From Methanothermococcus sp. Ax23 (GTDB taxonomy: Archaea; AGJL01; Methanococci; Methanococcales; Methanococcaceae), in the NCBI RefSeq assembly GCF_049075655.1, contig NZ_CP157522.1:1568001-1632000 (forward strand): a stretch of DNA of 64,000 bases. Direction: 5' to 3'. The position numbers and the translations under genes were made by a program. Every line of letters starts with the position of its first letter. Position 1 is the stretch's first letter. Below the pieces are notes generated by a model. The model did no database searches and was not told the DNA's origin. It saw nothing but the letters and a program-made list of their open reading frames with translations. Below are positions 42,105 through 54,400 of the stretch, in pieces.

Positions 42105-42761
42105 GTAAAAATAGGAGCATCCATTCTCTCAGCAAATTATGGATATTTAAAAGACGAAGTAAAAAAGGTAGAAAAAGCAGGTGTAGATTTCATCCACATA
42201 GACATGATGGATGGACATTTTGTTCCTAATCTAAGTATGGGAATTGGCATTTCAAAATATATAAAAGACATAACCAATTTGCCAACAGACGTTCATTTAA
42301 TGGTGGAAAATCCAGACCTATTTATCCCAATACTTGCAAATGATGCGGATATGATTACCTTCCACATAGAGACCTGCAAATTTCCATTCAGGACTATAAA
42401 TTTAATAAAAGAAAGCGGTTCTAAACCAATAGTAGCACTAAATCCATCAACACCAATTGACACTATTGAATATATTTTAGAAGATTTATATGGCGTTCTC
42501 GTAATGACTGTTGAACCAGGATTTGCTGGTCAAAAATTCATTACTCCAATGTTAAAAAAGATAGATAGGCTAAAAAATATAATTCTTAAAGAAGGATATG
42601 ATACAAAGATTTTTGTTGATGGAGGGGTAAATTCAGAAACTGCCCCAAAAGCCGTTGAAGCTGGTGCCGATGTGCTCATTGCAGCCTCTGCAATCTATAA
42701 AAAAGAGAACATTGAAGAGGCTGTTATGAGTTTAAAAGCTTCTGCGAAATTTAAAAAATAA
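42102..42761 (+). CDS. rpe: Ribulose-phosphate 3-epimerase
   Basis: ASILSAN, HIDMMDGHFVPN, DVHLMV, MTVEPGFAGQ, VDGG. Confidence 0.95.
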   Translation: MVKIGASILSANYGYLKDEVKKVEKAGVDFIHIDMMDGHFVPNLSMGIGISKYIKDITNLPTDVHLMVENPDLFIPILANDADMITFHIETCKFPFRTINLIKESGSKPIVALNPSTPIDTIEYILEDLYGVLVMTVEPGFAGQKFITPMLKKIDRLKNIILKEGYDTKIFVDGGVNSETAPKAVEAGADVLIAASAIYKKENIEEAVMSLKASAKFKK

Positions 42762-42805
42762 GTTATTTCTTTTTTATTTATAAAATTAAATTTTACGGTG
42801 AAACT

Positions 42806-43753
42806 ATGGAATACAAACTTGGAGAAAAGAAAGCGATGAGAAATGCCTATGGAGAAACCTTGGTTGAATTGGGAAAAAAATATCCAAATTTAGTAGTTCT
42901 TGATGCAGATTTATCAGGTTCAACAAAAACAGGGATGTTTGCAAAAGAATATCCTGACAGATTCTTTAACGCAGGTATTGCGGAGCAGAATATGGTAGGT
43001 ATGGCAGCAGGACTTGCAAGAACTGGAAAAATAGTATTTGCATCAACATTTGCCATGTTTGCAAGCGGAAGGGCATGGGAGCAGATAAGAAACTCTGTTG
43101 CTTATACAGATTTAAACGTAAAGATTGTTGCGACCCACAGTGGTATAACCGTAGGGGAAGATGGAGCAACACACCAGATGACCGAAGATATTGCCATAAT
43201 GAGGGCAATACCAAACATGAAAGTAATTGCCCCCAGTGATTACTATGAAACAAAACATGTAATAAGATGGTGTGCTGAATATGATGGTCCAGTTTATGTT
43301 AGGATGCCGAGGGGGAATACAGAAACAATATTTAAAGACGAAGAAGATGCCAAATTTGAATTTAGGAAGGCAAGAATTTTAAAGGAAGGAAAAGATTTAA
43401 CAATCATTGCTACTGGAGAGTTAGTTCCAGAGGCAATAAAGGCATCCGCCATATTGAAAGAAAATGGAATAGATGCAGAAGTAATATCCATGCCAACCAT
43501 AAAGCCAATTGATGAAGAGGCTGTGATAAACTCCAACGATTTTATAGTTTCACTTGAAGACCACAATATTATAGGTGGATTGGGAGGAGCTCTATCAGAA
43601 GTTATAGCAACATACGGATTAAATAAAAAACTTTTAAAAATCGGTATAAACGATGAGTTTGGAATTTCTGGAAAAGCGGAAGAACTTTTAAAATACTACA
43701 AATTGGATGGCGAGAGTGTAGCTAAAAGGATAATGGAAGAATATAATAAATAA
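42806..43753 (+). CDS. Transketolase C-terminal subunit
   Basis: LDADLSGST, GIAEQNMVG, GEDGATHQ, GPVYVR, EDH..IGGLG. Confidence 0.94.
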   Translation: MEYKLGEKKAMRNAYGETLVELGKKYPNLVVLDADLSGSTKTGMFAKEYPDRFFNAGIAEQNMVGMAAGLARTGKIVFASTFAMFASGRAWEQIRNSVAYTDLNVKIVATHSGITVGEDGATHQMTEDIAIMRAIPNMKVIAPSDYYETKHVIRWCAEYDGPVYVRMPRGNTETIFKDEEDAKFEFRKARILKEGKDLTIIATGELVPEAIKASAILKENGIDAEVISMPTIKPIDEEAVINSNDFIVSLEDHNIIGGLGGALSEVIATYGLNKKLLKIGINDEFGISGKAEELLKYYKLDGESVAKRIMEEYNK

Positions 43754-43804
43754 TATAGTATAGAATAATAAATAATATTTACTTTTAATCTTTTTAGTGA
43801 TATT

Positions 43805-44599
43805 ATGAAAAAAATAGGAATTCTTGAAATTTTAGTTGTGCTCGCCATATTGATTACTTCGGGAGCTCTGGCATATAAATTTATAAATTCCAATAATAAT
43901 AGCAGTGGCTACGAATTTGATGGAGACCAAATGTATAAATGTGCATGGGTTTCTGAAAAGATAATGAACAAAAATTTCCCGCTGTATGCCCATGTGAAAG
44001 GAAAATGGACTTCATCTAAGGAAGAGTTTAACGACACCCTGTTGATTACCGGAGCTCGTGGGGGAACTCTTTATGCAATATACAAAAACCAATCCATTAC
44101 AATTGGGGGAGAAATGGCATATGTCGAAGATATTGCCGCTAAAAAGATAATTTTAAAACCTTTGGGAAATTCGATAGTTGAATACCAAATAAATCCAATT
44201 GATGGAAACTCATTTAAAGAAATCAAAAATAAAATAGAAAGCACAGAATATAAATATAAAAATCTAAATTTAACGATACTTAAAACATATATCGCATGTT
44301 CGATTGCAGCAGATTCAAAAACTTTTGCACCATCAGAACAGCAACATATTAAAAATAACCTATATTTGGATTTAAATAATAAAAATAACAAATTGTCCAT
44401 TTATTTTGTTGAAAATGGTTTGTTTCTAACGGGAAAATTGGATTTGGAAACATTAAATACCTTGGACGATATGATAAACCCACATAAAATCACCACTTCA
44501 CAAATAACAGTATATTTGGTTGTAAATGAAACAGCCGATAAAATACCTAAAAACATAACCACATATAACAACAATTCAATAGTTATAACACTACAATAA
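43805..44599 (+). CDS. Membrane-anchored or secreted hypothetical protein
   Basis: N-terminal MKKIGILEILVVLAILITSGALA hydrophobic segment followed by a soluble domain. Confidence 0.65.
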   Translation: MKKIGILEILVVLAILITSGALAYKFINSNNNSSGYEFDGDQMYKCAWVSEKIMNKNFPLYAHVKGKWTSSKEEFNDTLLITGARGGTLYAIYKNQSITIGGEMAYVEDIAAKKIILKPLGNSIVEYQINPIDGNSFKEIKNKIESTEYKYKNLNLTILKTYIACSIAADSKTFAPSEQQHIKNNLYLDLNNKNNKLSIYFVENGLFLTGKLDLETLNTLDDMINPHKITTSQITVYLVVNETADKIPKNITTYNNNSIVITLQ

Positions 44600-44607
44600 T
44601 AAAAGGA

Positions 44608-45750
44608 ATGAATATGGAGCTCCTAAAAAACCATTTAAGGAATATTGATGTAAATGAAAAAATTAAAGCACATCATTTATTTGTGCTACTAACTTCTTTT
44701 TATATCTTATTTTCCAGCATATCATCTTTTTCAGGATTTTTAGCACTATTTAGTGCAATTTTCTTTTATATGTCCTACATTGTAGGGGAGAGACTATATT
44801 ATATTTTAAACTTAGATGATATTTCCAACTGTGCCAGCATATTTAATTTAAAAAAACCATACAGGCCAAATTATCCAAAACATTATAAATTTGGATTGTT
44901 TTTAATGTTTATTGGTATATTGTTTATATTTTTTGATATTTTATGGGTAAAAGATATTCCGCTTTTTGACCCAACTTCAAGAAGATTTTTAAATGTGCCA
45001 TTTACCGCTTTATCCCATCTTTTGCTTTTGGGTTGGGCAATAGCAGCTGCTTCAAATTTATCATTAAATAAAATAAAAGTTATAGTGTATTCCATTGTTT
45101 TTTCAGCATTGATTATGCTTTTAGGATATAGGACAAATGTTATGATATTGTTTTTGTCTATACTTTTTGTAATGTATTATTCTAACAAAATAAAAACAAA
45201 AGAGTTAATTTATTCGACTTTTGGAATATTTTTAATACTGCTTTCCATGTCAATATTAAGGCTTTATGTATTGGGAAGCGGTGGAAATCCAATATTTTCA
45301 AGAATAGATTTAACTATGAGTATTTTTGATATTATCGTTAAGAATTTTAACGGGGTGTTTAATGGACTTATACATTACTGTTCAATTTATTCCTATATTG
45401 GGACATTTCCAGGTCCAAGAACTGTTGTGGCAAATAGCATAGGTGTTTATGGAGTTACAATAACCCCGACGATTTTTGGAGCGGTGATTGGAGATTATGG
45501 AACACTTGGAATTATCCCATACTTTGGTATTTTAGGTATATTTTTAGGTTTATTTTATAAAATCTCTGAAAGTTTAAAAGGTATTTATTTGGGAGTTTAT
45601 GCCATTCTAATATCATATCTATTGGTGGGTATTGAAACAGGTATTTTAGATTTTGATGTAATTTTATTTTATATATTTGGATTTATATTATGCATATATA
45701 TAATATTATTAAAAATTTTAAATAAATTAAAAAAACTAAAAAGGGAATAA
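44608..45750 (+). CDS. Multi-pass membrane protein, oligosaccharide repeat-unit polymerase (Wzy)-like
   Basis: About 10 TM; IPLF...R, LLGYR and ITPTIFG...DYG..G pattern. Confidence 0.6.
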   Translation: MNMELLKNHLRNIDVNEKIKAHHLFVLLTSFYILFSSISSFSGFLALFSAIFFYMSYIVGERLYYILNLDDISNCASIFNLKKPYRPNYPKHYKFGLFLMFIGILFIFFDILWVKDIPLFDPTSRRFLNVPFTALSHLLLLGWAIAAASNLSLNKIKVIVYSIVFSALIMLLGYRTNVMILFLSILFVMYYSNKIKTKELIYSTFGIFLILLSMSILRLYVLGSGGNPIFSRIDLTMSIFDIIVKNFNGVFNGLIHYCSIYSYIGTFPGPRTVVANSIGVYGVTITPTIFGAVIGDYGTLGIIPYFGILGIFLGLFYKISESLKGIYLGVYAILISYLLVGIETGILDFDVILFYIFGFILCIYIILLKILNKLKKLKRE

Positions 45751-45760
45751 AGGGGTTTAA

Positions 45761-47026
45761 ATGAATTTAAGTGTTTTAAATAAATATAAATATAAATTAG
45801 ACCATCCGGTAATAATAGTGTTAGCTGGACATTTGGTAATCTTTTTCCTAGCTATGCCTTATTTTTATAAATTTAATCCCTATTCATTATTAAAAATATT
45901 TTTAGTAATTTTTTTATATATTTTATTTTATTCGTTGCCTTTTTTAGTGGATAATCACATAAAGGGTAAAAATATCGCAAATATAATGAATAAATATATA
46001 AATAATTCCTATGTTTATTCGATACTGCTGTTTGTCATCATATATTATGGAGTATTCACTATTACAAATTCTTTTTTACTATCAATCATATATCCTTTAT
46101 TGGTAATTGGTGTTTTAAACCTGTTTGCTAAATGCACTTATTCATCAAATAATAACACCAATAATAATTACGACAATAATAATGGCAATTTTGGTAATTT
46201 TCTTCAAAAATATTCTACTTCTGCTTTTAAATTTCTGTCCAAATATATGAGTGAGATAATATTCGGGATAGGAATTATTTCATTTATACTGATTGTAATC
46301 AACTACAATGCAATTCCATTATTTAATTATGATGTAAGAATGAAAATCTCCGCTGACCCATTGCGGTTAATTTCCACAGGAGCTCTGGTTTATGGTGGGA
46401 TTAATAATATATTTTATTTTATAATTTCCTTTATTCTTATTGCACTATTGGGCTATAAAGCGGGGATTTTAATTTTATGCGTTTCATTTTTAATATATAC
46501 ATACAGAACTAAAAAAATTCCTATAAAATGGCTATTAATGTCCTGTGCTGGATTGATTATATTTCTGGCAATTATGGCAAAAGTTATTTTACTATCATCA
46601 GGTCAAAACTGGAAAATCGGAGTTTTAGGGATTTTATCATATAGGGCCTACTTTGACATGCTTGTGCTGGAAAAAATATTAAACTATCCTAACTTAATGC
46701 TTGGAAACATATTATTTAATCCCGTAGGTGAGAAACTCATCGGCGAGATTTTATTTAATTACCCTCACAATATTACCTCAACAATGTTTGGACCAATTTA
46801 TTTAGATTTTGGAATATCTGGATTGTTCTTTGCATTGTTATTGGGTATGGCAAGTAAATTAATATATAATGGAGATAAAAAATTGTATGCAATATATGCA
46901 TCCATCCTTTTATCAATGTGTGAAATCGGTATCAACTACGGGTTTTTGATTGTATTGTTAGTGTTGTTGTATGTAAATTCGTTGATTAATAACCCGCATT
47001 GTGCTGCAATTAGCAAAATAACCTGA
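45761..47026 (+). CDS. Second Wzy-like multi-pass membrane protein (paralog of the preceding gene)
   Basis: Shares IPLF..R, LLGYK and ITSTMFG..YLDFG with the upstream ORF; has an Asn-rich loop. Confidence 0.6.
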   Translation: MNLSVLNKYKYKLDHPVIIVLAGHLVIFFLAMPYFYKFNPYSLLKIFLVIFLYILFYSLPFLVDNHIKGKNIANIMNKYINNSYVYSILLFVIIYYGVFTITNSFLLSIIYPLLVIGVLNLFAKCTYSSNNNTNNNYDNNNGNFGNFLQKYSTSAFKFLSKYMSEIIFGIGIISFILIVINYNAIPLFNYDVRMKISADPLRLISTGALVYGGINNIFYFIISFILIALLGYKAGILILCVSFLIYTYRTKKIPIKWLLMSCAGLIIFLAIMAKVILLSSGQNWKIGVLGILSYRAYFDMLVLEKILNYPNLMLGNILFNPVGEKLIGEILFNYPHNITSTMFGPIYLDFGISGLFFALLLGMASKLIYNGDKKLYAIYASILLSMCEIGINYGFLIVLLVLLYVNSLINNPHCAAISKIT

Positions 47027-47050
47027 GTAAAAAAACTCTCTGTGGTATTT

Positions 47051-48193
47051 ATGATGTCATATGTAGATAATAATGTTGAAGATATTGATAATATTGAAGT
47101 TATGAAAAATATTAAACTTAAAGAAATGAAAAAAGATAACAAATATCTTGTTATTGTTGTTGATATGGATGATGATATTGGCAGAAAAGCAAATATTAAA
47201 ACTCCAATTTTGGGGAGAGTTGATTGTATAAATACAGCCATAAAATTGGGATTATCAGACCCTGGGGATACTGATACAAACTCAATACTTGGGGGTATAA
47301 AACTTTACGATGAATTGAAAAAAGAAGGAAAAGATGTAGAGCTCGCCATAATATCGGGGCATAAAAATGTCGAATCTGAGGAATGTGCGAAAAAGATAAA
47401 AGAACAGCTTGATTTTTTAATGTATCTATATGAACCTAATTTTATATATCTCGTCTCAGACGGAAAAGAGGATGAAATGGTATTAAAATATTTGGAAAAT
47501 AAAGATACATTTGTATGGAAAAAAAGAATTATTGTAAAACAAAATGAATCTTTGGAATCCACATACTACCTAATTCAGGAATTTCTCAAAAAGACCATGT
47601 CTCAATATGTTCCATTCATATTTACATCCATTGGTTTTGCCATGGTTATTTATGCCATATTTGCAGATTTGGGATGGAGGATAATTGCAGGTATGGTTGG
47701 TTTATATATTCTTTCAGAAGGTTCTGGATTAACTCATGCATTGAAGAAATCATTTACAGAAGGTAAAAAAGGTCTTGAATTTGGGAAACTTACGCCCATA
47801 GGAAATATCATAAGTATATCGGTAATTCTTGTAGGCACACTATATGCCTACAATGCATCTTATCGTCTGGATTTTATTCAGTCCATTGGAAGCTTTATTT
47901 ATAATTTTGCCAATCCATTGGCATTGGGTCTTTTAATATATATCACAGTTCATTTTATAGATGATATAATATATACAAATAAAGAAATGCTCAAATTGTT
48001 AAAGGGATTTTTCTTTAAAATAATTGTTATATTTATGTCAAGGGAAATATTATTTGAATTTTCAAAATTCCTGGGCGGAAAAGTTTCATTTACAACAGTT
48101 ATCGTATATGTAATAGTATATATTGCTCTACTTATTATACTATCTTCGATATTATTTTACAAACAAAATAAAGATAATCTTAAACCGAAATGA
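47051..48193 (+). CDS. DUF373-like membrane protein
   Basis: VDMDDDIGRK, DPGDTDTN, VSDGKEDE, VKQ; C-terminal TM helices. Confidence 0.75.
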   Translation: MMSYVDNNVEDIDNIEVMKNIKLKEMKKDNKYLVIVVDMDDDIGRKANIKTPILGRVDCINTAIKLGLSDPGDTDTNSILGGIKLYDELKKEGKDVELAIISGHKNVESEECAKKIKEQLDFLMYLYEPNFIYLVSDGKEDEMVLKYLENKDTFVWKKRIIVKQNESLESTYYLIQEFLKKTMSQYVPFIFTSIGFAMVIYAIFADLGWRIIAGMVGLYILSEGSGLTHALKKSFTEGKKGLEFGKLTPIGNIISISVILVGTLYAYNASYRLDFIQSIGSFIYNFANPLALGLLIYITVHFIDDIIYTNKEMLKLLKGFFFKIIVIFMSREILFEFSKFLGGKVSFTTVIVYVIVYIALLIILSSILFYKQNKDNLKPK

Positions 48194-48300
48194 GAACTAA
48201 GATTAAGAATTAATTAAAAATAATAATTTAAAAAATTAATATAGTTTAAGATAATACAAGTAATAACAAATATATTTAACAAATTGGTTGTTGGGAGAGT

Positions 48301-49251
48301 ATGTTAAAAATCTTAGGATATGACAACATTGACTTAAAAAAAATAACAATGGATGAATTAAGTGAAGATTATACATTAATATGGATAGATTGTTACGCTC
48401 CATCCAACGAGGAACTTCTCGAAGTATCTAAAAAAATAGATATCGAAGTGGAAGAATTAAAAGTAGGATTGGATGAACAGGAAGTTCCTAGGGTTGAAGA
48501 AGAAGATGAATATTATTTAATAATTTATAAAGCACCACTATTTGAAGAGGATATCACAACAACCTCTTTTGGGATTTATATAAAAGATAATATTATATTA
48601 ACAATCCATAGTGATAAGATAAAATCCATAGGAAAAATATACAACCTTTTAAAAACAAAAAAACCAAAAGTTCTATTGGATAGGGGAAAAGGGTTTTTTT
48701 TGTATATTTTATTGAATCAAATTACTTTAAGTTATTCAAGGATTATTCTTAATTTGGAAGATGAACTGGATAGATTGGAGAATGTTCTTCTACAAGACCA
48801 AAACAAGAACATAACTGGGGAAATCCTCCAACTTAGAAAAACTCTCGTATATTTCCACAAGGCGTTAGTATCAAACAAAGATGTTCTATCAATTTTAAAA
48901 CGAAAATACTTGCCAATTACAACACAGGACGATAGAGAACATATTGAAGACCTTTACTACGACACATTGCAGTTAATAGATATGGAAACCACATATAGAG
49001 AATTGCTCGTTTCAATGATGGATATGAGCTTATCTCTTGAAAACATAAGAATGAACCAGATTATGAAAATTTTAACCATGGTTACTACGCTATTTGCAGT
49101 TCCTGTCTGGATAACGGGAATTTATGGTATGAATTTTAAATTTATGCCTCTGTTGGATAATCCCTATGGATTTTGGATTGTTATGGGCGTATCATCCATT
49201 ATAATTATAATTCTGTTGTATATATTTATAAGAGAAAAATGGATAAGATGA
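48301..49251 (+). CDS. corA: Magnesium/cobalt transporter CorA
   Basis: MNQIMKILT...ITGIYGMNFKFMP signature. Confidence 0.95.
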   Translation: MLKILGYDNIDLKKITMDELSEDYTLIWIDCYAPSNEELLEVSKKIDIEVEELKVGLDEQEVPRVEEEDEYYLIIYKAPLFEEDITTTSFGIYIKDNIILTIHSDKIKSIGKIYNLLKTKKPKVLLDRGKGFFLYILLNQITLSYSRIILNLEDELDRLENVLLQDQNKNITGEILQLRKTLVYFHKALVSNKDVLSILKRKYLPITTQDDREHIEDLYYDTLQLIDMETTYRELLVSMMDMSLSLENIRMNQIMKILTMVTTLFAVPVWITGIYGMNFKFMPLLDNPYGFWIVMGVSSIIIIILLYIFIREKWIR

Positions 49252-49334
49252 AATTAAGGAATATGTTTTTTAAATCTGAGCTCAGGATGAATTGAATGAT
49301 AAAGTTATAATGGTAAAATTAAATTGGTGATATT

Positions 49335-49604
49335 GTGAGGGAAATAATTATTTGGCCGGTTTATTTAGATGGTGAAAAAAGCAGAAAAGAAGGACGAAAA
49401 GTACCAAAAGAATTAGGGGTTAAAAATCCAAAATTAAAAGACATATTCAATGCATTAAAGAAAATGGGGTATTCTGCTGAAATTGTAAAAAACAAATCCT
49501 ATCCAAAAGAACATTGGGAAACATTAGGGTATATTAAGGTAAATATCGATAATAATATTTCAAAAATGGATTTAATTAAAAAAGTTTGTAAGAATCTAAG
49601 TTAA
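49335..49604 (+). CDS. srp19: Signal recognition particle protein Srp19
   Basis: IIWPVYLD..KSRKEGRKVP and KSYPK. Confidence 0.92.
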   Translation: MREIIIWPVYLDGEKSRKEGRKVPKELGVKNPKLKDIFNALKKMGYSAEIVKNKSYPKEHWETLGYIKVNIDNNISKMDLIKKVCKNLS

Positions 49605-49626
49605 ATATAAGTTAAATATAGGACAA

Positions 49627-51105
<1,479 letters not shown>

Positions 51106-51141
51106 TTAAAATCTATTTCTAATGTTTATTAATTATTACTT

Positions 51142-52458
51142 TTACATTTCAATTACATACTTGCTATCAAATGATTTAAAACCAGTTAATTCTTCAAGAG
51201 ACTTTCCCCTTAACAATTCACGAGTTATTCTTTTTCCATCTTCAACAGAAGGTTGGTTGAATGCGTTTATTTCAAGGAGTTCACCCATAAATGCAGTTTG
51301 CATCTCATACATGTATATTAGTTTTCCAAGAGTATATTCATTTAATTCATCTATTATAATAGAAACATTTGGGATATTCTTTGAAGTTAATGAAGCCTCA
51401 GTTCCTTCCTGTTCTGAGTTTATGAGCTCCGATAATTTATGAGCGTTTAAATAATTTGAGCTTTTAATGGTTAAGTCATGTCTGAATTCATCTACCTTTA
51501 AGAATGTGATTACCTTATCCCTTGGTCCATCTAAATAAAGTTGGAGTTGAGAGTGCTGGTCTTTTGCTCCAACAGATACAATAGGAGTCTGCCCCTTTCC
51601 ATCCTTTCCAAGGCTTTCTGCCCATAACTGCCTATACCACATACCAAATTTATGCAGTCTTTCAATATATGGCATAAGAACAGAAATTGTCTTTCCTTTA
51701 TTGTATAGTATATAATGAATTACGGCATTCATAAGGGCAGGATTTTTAAAAATATCCTCATTTTTGCATAATTCATCCATTTCTCTTGCCCCTTTTACTA
51801 GCATTTCAATGTTTATGCCCATACATGACAGGGGAGCCAGCCCAACAGCAGATAATACTGAAAACCTTCCACCTACATTTTCAGGAATATCAAAAAGCAT
51901 GTACCCCTCCTTCTCAGCAATATCTCGTAGCATTCCCCCATTGGCAACCACAATAATATTTTTATTACAATTTCCAACTTTATCTATTAAACGGTCCCTA
52001 ACAATCAAAAAATTTGCAAGTGTTTCAGCAGTATTTCCTGATTTGCTTATTGCAAATACAAGTGTTTTTTCTAAATCAACCAAATTAAGAATTTCAAATG
52101 TTTTTTCTGGGTCAGAATTGTCTAAAAAATAAACTTTTTTGCTGGTTTTACGTTCATTGTAATAAATTCCTTTGACACCTTCATATACCATCTGAGCTCC
52201 TAAAACAGAACCGCCCATTCCAATAATTATAATATACTCAAAATCTTTTGAATATTTTTTTAGCATAGTATACGGGCGTAAATCCTGATGAACTAAATCC
52301 ATAAATCCCAATTCTTTATTTTTATATTTTTCCAGTAATCCATTATATGATTTGTTTATTTTATCCATTATATTTTCAATGTCTGTTGATGATACCCCTT
52401 CGTTACCTACTGTTTCTTCTATGACATTTGTATATTTAAATAAACATTTACCTTTCAT
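51142..52458 (-). CDS. pgi: Glucose-6-phosphate isomerase
   Basis: IGMGGS, ISKSGNTAET, VGGRFSVLS, QLWAESLGK, DQHSQLQ, FNQPSVEDGK. Confidence 0.96.
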   Translation of the reverse strand: MKGKCLFKYTNVIEETVGNEGVSSTDIENIMDKINKSYNGLLEKYKNKELGFMDLVHQDLRPYTMLKKYSKDFEYIIIIGMGGSVLGAQMVYEGVKGIYYNERKTSKKVYFLDNSDPEKTFEILNLVDLEKTLVFAISKSGNTAETLANFLIVRDRLIDKVGNCNKNIIVVANGGMLRDIAEKEGYMLFDIPENVGGRFSVLSAVGLAPLSCMGINIEMLVKGAREMDELCKNEDIFKNPALMNAVIHYILYNKGKTISVLMPYIERLHKFGMWYRQLWAESLGKDGKGQTPIVSVGAKDQHSQLQLYLDGPRDKVITFLKVDEFRHDLTIKSSNYLNAHKLSELINSEQEGTEASLTSKNIPNVSIIIDELNEYTLGKLIYMYEMQTAFMGELLEINAFNQPSVEDGKRITRELLRGKSLEELTGFKSFDSKYVIEM

Positions 52459-52654
52459 TATTCCCCTCTAATCTTTGCATCTAGATTATTTTTAATATAC
52501 ATATTTAATAGCAATTCCAAAACTAAAATATCATATTATTTAACAATATGTTTTGAGAATCTCAATTTTAAGCGCTTTTACTTGTATTATTATATAAGAT
52601 ATAATATAAATATTTTAATACCACATGTTAAATTTGATTGATATCATATAGGGA

Positions 52655-54226
52655 TTAGAAATAATGTTTATATATGGCTCCACCATAGAGTGCTTTATAT
52701 TTATCTGCACTATCGTTATTTTGCCAGCTTAGATTTTTGTAGACGTGGTTATGGCAGTTTTTCATTAATGCTGTTAGAGGACCATCTTTCTCATAAGGAC
52801 CTTCTGGGCAGTTAATATGCCTATAAGTTATAAACAAACATATTTCTTTTAATCTATAAAACGTCCAGTTCAAAGCATGCTCAATTCCCCATTTTAAACC
52901 ATATTTGTCATAATTTTTAAATAAAATGCCGGTTGCTTTATCAAAGTTGGGATTAGTTAAGGGGTCGGGGTTTAATGGTATAATCGTATCCACCAACCCT
53001 CCAACTTCCCTCGCTATTACAGGTGTGCAATATGCCATAGATTCCATCTGGGTTAATCCACAGGGTTCCCAAACTGATGGTACAATTGTCCAATCACTTC
53101 CTGCATAAATAAGGGAGGTTAATGGAGGACAATGGCCCACTAATGAAATAACCTTCCCATTGTATCTTTCAGCCAAATCCTTCATACCGTCTTCTATGTG
53201 TTTTTCACCTTTTGAAAGCATGATTAATCTTATATCATGTTCTTCAAATAACTCGGGAAATGCTTCAAATATTATGTCAAATCCTTTTTGATATGTTGCA
53301 CGTCCAACAAATCCTATTAATGGAGTAGTTACATCACCGCCTTTTATATTGCCATAAATTTCAACATCTGTTCCTGAAATTCCACTTTTATCCATACTAT
53401 TCCAGTCATCAACATATTTTTTTAAATTTTCAGAATTGTAAAACCATGCATATTTTATCTTTGGTTTTACAATATTGGCATCGTCTATGCCATAATCACA
53501 TATAAAGGCATATTTTCTCGGGTCTAATTTGTTATCTGATAAAGACATCATCTGTTTTATCATATTGCCTGAATTAAATATTTCAATGTCTATACCATTT
53601 AATATTCCATGAAATGGTTTTATATTACTTTGTTCCTTTATAAATTCAATTGATTTTATTTCTTCTGCATGAGTTGGGCTTACAGTGTTAAAAGCATCAC
53701 TAAAATATATTCCCAAATCTAAAAAAGACATTGTTAAGCCCTTATATTCCTTAATGGGACCTTTAAATGCTTCATTGTGTATTGTGATGGTGGTTGGTAA
53801 ATCGAGTTTTTCATGACATTTTGCTATTGCAAGGCCACAAGGCCAGTCATGACCCGAAACACAATCTACATTGTCAAATTTATCCAAATATGCTACTACT
53901 AAATCCGCAAATAAATCATACTTTAATGGGTCCCACGTATCCAATTCATTGAAGTTTTTGTTGCTAAATGCGATTATATCCACACCAGTATTTGGATGCC
54001 TTGTTTTTATAACTTCGAATTTAAAGCTCGTCCCCTGGTATTTTATATCCAATGTAGTTATTTTTTCATGAGGGAGATTCGAAATTTTGTTATTATGGTC
54101 GTAGGTTATAATTACTACTTCATTACCTCTATGTTTTAAAAATTTTGGCAAGTCCTGCATTACATCCCCCAAGCCCCCAATAGACGTCAAAGGTGCTATG
54201 GTCGGCGTCAATATTGCCACTTTCAA
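52655..54226 (-). CDS. glgA: Glycogen synthase (GT5)
   Basis: GGLGDV, HDW, TIHN, TVSPTHAEEI, GILNGID, QKG, PSVWEPCGLTQM, VGGLVDT; TTG start after a GGTGA RBS. Confidence 0.88.
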   Translation of the reverse strand: MKVAILTPTIAPLTSIGGLGDVMQDLPKFLKHRGNEVVIITYDHNNKISNLPHEKITTLDIKYQGTSFKFEVIKTRHPNTGVDIIAFSNKNFNELDTWDPLKYDLFADLVVAYLDKFDNVDCVSGHDWPCGLAIAKCHEKLDLPTTITIHNEAFKGPIKEYKGLTMSFLDLGIYFSDAFNTVSPTHAEEIKSIEFIKEQSNIKPFHGILNGIDIEIFNSGNMIKQMMSLSDNKLDPRKYAFICDYGIDDANIVKPKIKYAWFYNSENLKKYVDDWNSMDKSGISGTDVEIYGNIKGGDVTTPLIGFVGRATYQKGFDIIFEAFPELFEEHDIRLIMLSKGEKHIEDGMKDLAERYNGKVISLVGHCPPLTSLIYAGSDWTIVPSVWEPCGLTQMESMAYCTPVIAREVGGLVDTIIPLNPDPLTNPNFDKATGILFKNYDKYGLKWGIEHALNWTFYRLKEICLFITYRHINCPEGPYEKDGPLTALMKNCHNHVYKNLSWQNNDSADKYKALYGGAIYKHYF

Positions 54227-54400
54227 AAATATCACCTTTATAATTACATTAATATTTACATTAATAACAAAATTATATATGTTATTAGCATTATAAAAAT
54301 TATGTGTCAATAACACATATCAAATATATACATGAATCAAATATACATTAGAGAAATAAAAATAAATAAAAATAAGTAGTGTTAATAATTAAGTGATAAT

